A stretch of DNA of 64,000 nucleotides, from contig NC_052162.1 of NCBI RefSeq assembly GCF_902713615.1, forward strand, positions 108,217,811-108,281,810. The letters run 5' to 3'. The DNA comes from Scyliorhinus canicula. Lineage: Eukaryota. Position 1 is the stretch's first letter. Every line of letters starts with the position of its first letter. This document shows, in pieces, positions 61,680 to 64,000 of the stretch. The notes below the pieces were generated by a model. It searched no databases and had not been told where the DNA came from. It saw only the letters and a program-made list of their open reading frames with translations. Made by a program: the position numbers and the translations under genes.

Positions 61680-63160
61680 CTGACAATAGATAATAACATG
61701 TATCCTAAGCTGCCGATTTGTTATCGCCCCTTCCACATTCCGCGAGGAGGGATGTTTAAAAATGGAGGTAGGCAAAAAGCTGGTAATTATAGGACAGTTA
61801 GCTTTACTTCGGTAGTAGGGAAGGTGCTGGAATCTATCAACAAGGAAGAAATAGCGAGGCATCCAGATGGAAATTATCCCATTGGGCAGACACAGCATGG
61901 GTGCATAAAGGGCTGGTCGTGCCTATCTAATTTAAATGAATTTTTGACGACACTGCCAAGGCAGTGGATAACGGAGAGCCAATATATGTGTTATATCTCA
62001 TTTCCAGAAAGCTTTTGACAAGGTGCCACACAAAAGGTTGCTGCATGAGATAATGATGAATGACATTAAGGGTAAAGTAGTAGCATGGATAGAGAAATCA
62101 TAGAAAGCGAAGTGTGGTGATTAATGGGTGTTTCTCTGGTTGGCAATCAGTAGCTAGTGGTGTCCCTCAGGGATCAGTGTTGGACCCACAATTGTGCCCT
62201 ATTTTCACGAATGATTTGGATTGAGGACCAAGTGCAATGTGTCCAATTTTACAGACGATACGAAGATGCGTGGTAAAGCAAAAGGTACAAAGGAATTTGG
62301 ATAGGTGAAGTGAATGGGCTAGGGTCTGGCAAATGGAATGCAATGTTATCAAATGTGTGGTTCTCCATTTTGGTAGGAATACAAGCTAAAAGGATTATTA
62401 TTTCAATGATAAAATATAAAAACATGGTGTTGTGCAGAGAGACCTGGGTGTGCTAGTGCATGAGTCGAAAAAAGTTGGTTTACAGGTGCAACAGGTGATT
62501 AAGAAGGCAAATGGAATTTTCTCCATCATTGCTAGAGGGACGGAGTTTAAGACTAGGGAGGTTATGCTGCAATTGTATCAGGTGTTAGTGAGGCCACACA
62601 TCGAGTACTGTGTTCAGTTGTGGTCTCCTTACCTGAGAAAGGACGTACTGGCGCTGGAGGGTGTGCCGAGGAGATTCACTAAATTAATCCCAGAATTGAA
62701 GGGATTGGATTACGAGGAGAGGTTCTGTAGACTGGGACTGTACTCGTTGGAATTTAGAAGGGTGCGGAGGTATTTTATCGAAACATATCAAATTATGAAA
62801 GGTATAGATATGATAGATGCGGGCAGGTTGTTTCCACAGACGGGTGAAAGCAGAATTAGGGGGCATAGCCTCAAAATAAGGGTAAGTAGATTTAGGACTG
62901 ACTTTGGGAGGGACTTCTTCAGCCAAAGGTTTGTGACTCTATGGAATTCCTTGCCCAGTGAAGCAGTTGAGGATCCTTCATTAAATGATTTTAAGATAAA
63001 GATAGGTAGTGTTTTGAAGAATAAAGGGATTAAGGAGTATGGTGTTCGGGCCGGCAAGTGGAGCTGAGCCCACAAAAGATCAGACGTAATCTCATTGAAT
63101 GGCAGAGCAGGCTCGAGGGACCAGATGGCATACTTCTGCTCCTAGTTCTCATGGTCTTAT
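61680..63160 (+). mobile_element. CR1 LINE 3' part, decayed
   Basis: Same subfamily as 36040-37575, with frameshifts. Confidence 0.92.
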
Positions 63161-63163
63161 ATA

Positions 63164-63322
63164 TCACTCCAAGTCTGTTAATTTTACTCGCAGTCAGTCA
63201 ATGTCACCCGAGTCAGATAATTATGTTCCCAGGCAGCCAACGTCACCCCTGATCAGTTCCTTATACCCCCAATCAGTCATTTTCACCCCCAATCAGTTAA
63301 TTTCACCTCCAGTCAGTCACTT
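63164..63322. repeat. Degenerate 20-bp tandem repeat, 8 units
   Basis: Units such as TCACCCCCAATCAGTTAATT, ATACCCCCAATCAGTCATTT, TCACCTCCAGTCAGTCACTT. Confidence 0.75.
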
Positions 63323-63903
63323 TGCAGCTCACTGTGACGTACCCAACGTTAATCCCGGGTCATGATTGTCTACCAGCCGATGGGAGACATTTTCCGATTA
63401 TGCGCTGATATATATTTAACAGCTATTGTTTTAAACAATAGGGCGAGAGTTGAGATATTCGGCGAGAGCATTTTATAAACTCACGGATTTTTCTCATTAC
63501 AAAATACCCTTAACCTATACTATTTCATTAAGGCAAAATAAAATAGTGCAATCAGTAATATAATGGAATGCCACAGTAAGGAATATCCTTCACCGACCTG
63601 GTTCGGCTTGACTAGATTATCCTTCCAGAAACTGTTCGAAGAAGCATCTTAAACAAATCCAAATCTAAGTCATATGTTGAAAGGCACTAACATAGATTAT
63701 TAATGTTAAGCAGTATTTACTTTGCCTCCAAGCAATGCATAAGTGTAAGTGAAATGAATTTAGATTTGAGCTGATCAAGTTCAGAAAATATGAGCCTCTT
63801 GTATGTCATTATGTAGTTAAGACTACATAAATGACAACAGCGATTTTTTCATAATATTCTGTGAACCATATCATACTAATAAATTACAAGAGTGGCCACT
63901 TAC

Positions 63904-63943
63904 TCTGATTCACCATCAGCACCGTGCCAGTTCCATAATAATA
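63904..63943 (-). CDS. IgNAR: IgNAR J segment
   Basis: TAT TAT TAT GGA ACT GGC ACG GTG CTG ATG GTG AAT CAG A|GTAAGT = YYYGTGTVLMVNQ. YGxGT replaces the WGxGT of IgM/IgW; perfect phase-1 donor. Confidence 0.93.
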
Positions 63944-63982
63944 CACAGTATGTCAGTTCCCAGTCAACCCAATTCAAAATGA
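63944..63982 (-). promoter_or_regulatory. 23-bp-spacer recombination signal sequence of J
   Basis: Heptamer CACAGTA (63944-63950), 23-nt spacer, nonamer TCAAAATGA (63974-63982; 5/9 to ACAAAAACC). Confidence 0.8.
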
Positions 63983-64000
63983 GTTCGTGAAGCCAAGGTC

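Larger units (their letters stand above)
33157..63943 (-). pseudogene. IgNAR: IgNAR heavy-chain cluster, J-C1-C2-C3-C4-C5/Sec-TM1-TM2, with disabling lesions
   Basis: Five C-domain exons in order with phase-1 boundaries, matching remembered nurse shark IgNAR C1-C5 motifs; J of YGxGT type; frameshift in C1, stops in C2 and C3. Confidence 0.93.

Overview
Repeat-rich cartilaginous-fish (elasmobranch) genomic DNA. The SINE set suggests a catshark, but that is unverified. The main feature is a heavy-chain-only antibody (IgNAR) gene cluster on the minus strand, read exon by exon from splice sites and translation. It comprises J with a 23-bp RSS (63904-63982), C1 (55181-55496), C2 (~48648-48944), C3 (48281-48598), C4 (43833-44153), C5 plus secretory tail (42997-43409), TM1 (39400-39548) and a candidate TM2 (33157-33165). 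V and D lie beyond the right edge. The full-length form is a pseudogene: C1 has a +1 frameshift, C2 and C3 have stops, the C2 donor appears lost, C5 lacks its second Cys, and the secretory tail is frameshifted. J, C4 and TM1 are intact. The left end carries a GPR139-like GPCR pseudogene exon 2 (257-1129) and an orphan exon 1 of a second paralog (5876-5945). The rest is retroelements (CR1, L1-like, L2, a Vingi/Ingi-like LINE, several tRNA-derived SINE families), a hAT MITE with an 8-bp TSD, a putative solo LTR, and a TSD-flanked Penelope-derived palindrome containing a minimal hammerhead ribozyme motif. There are three N gaps. Family assignments come from manual translation and remembered motifs; no database search was run. 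Most repeat boundaries are approximate.
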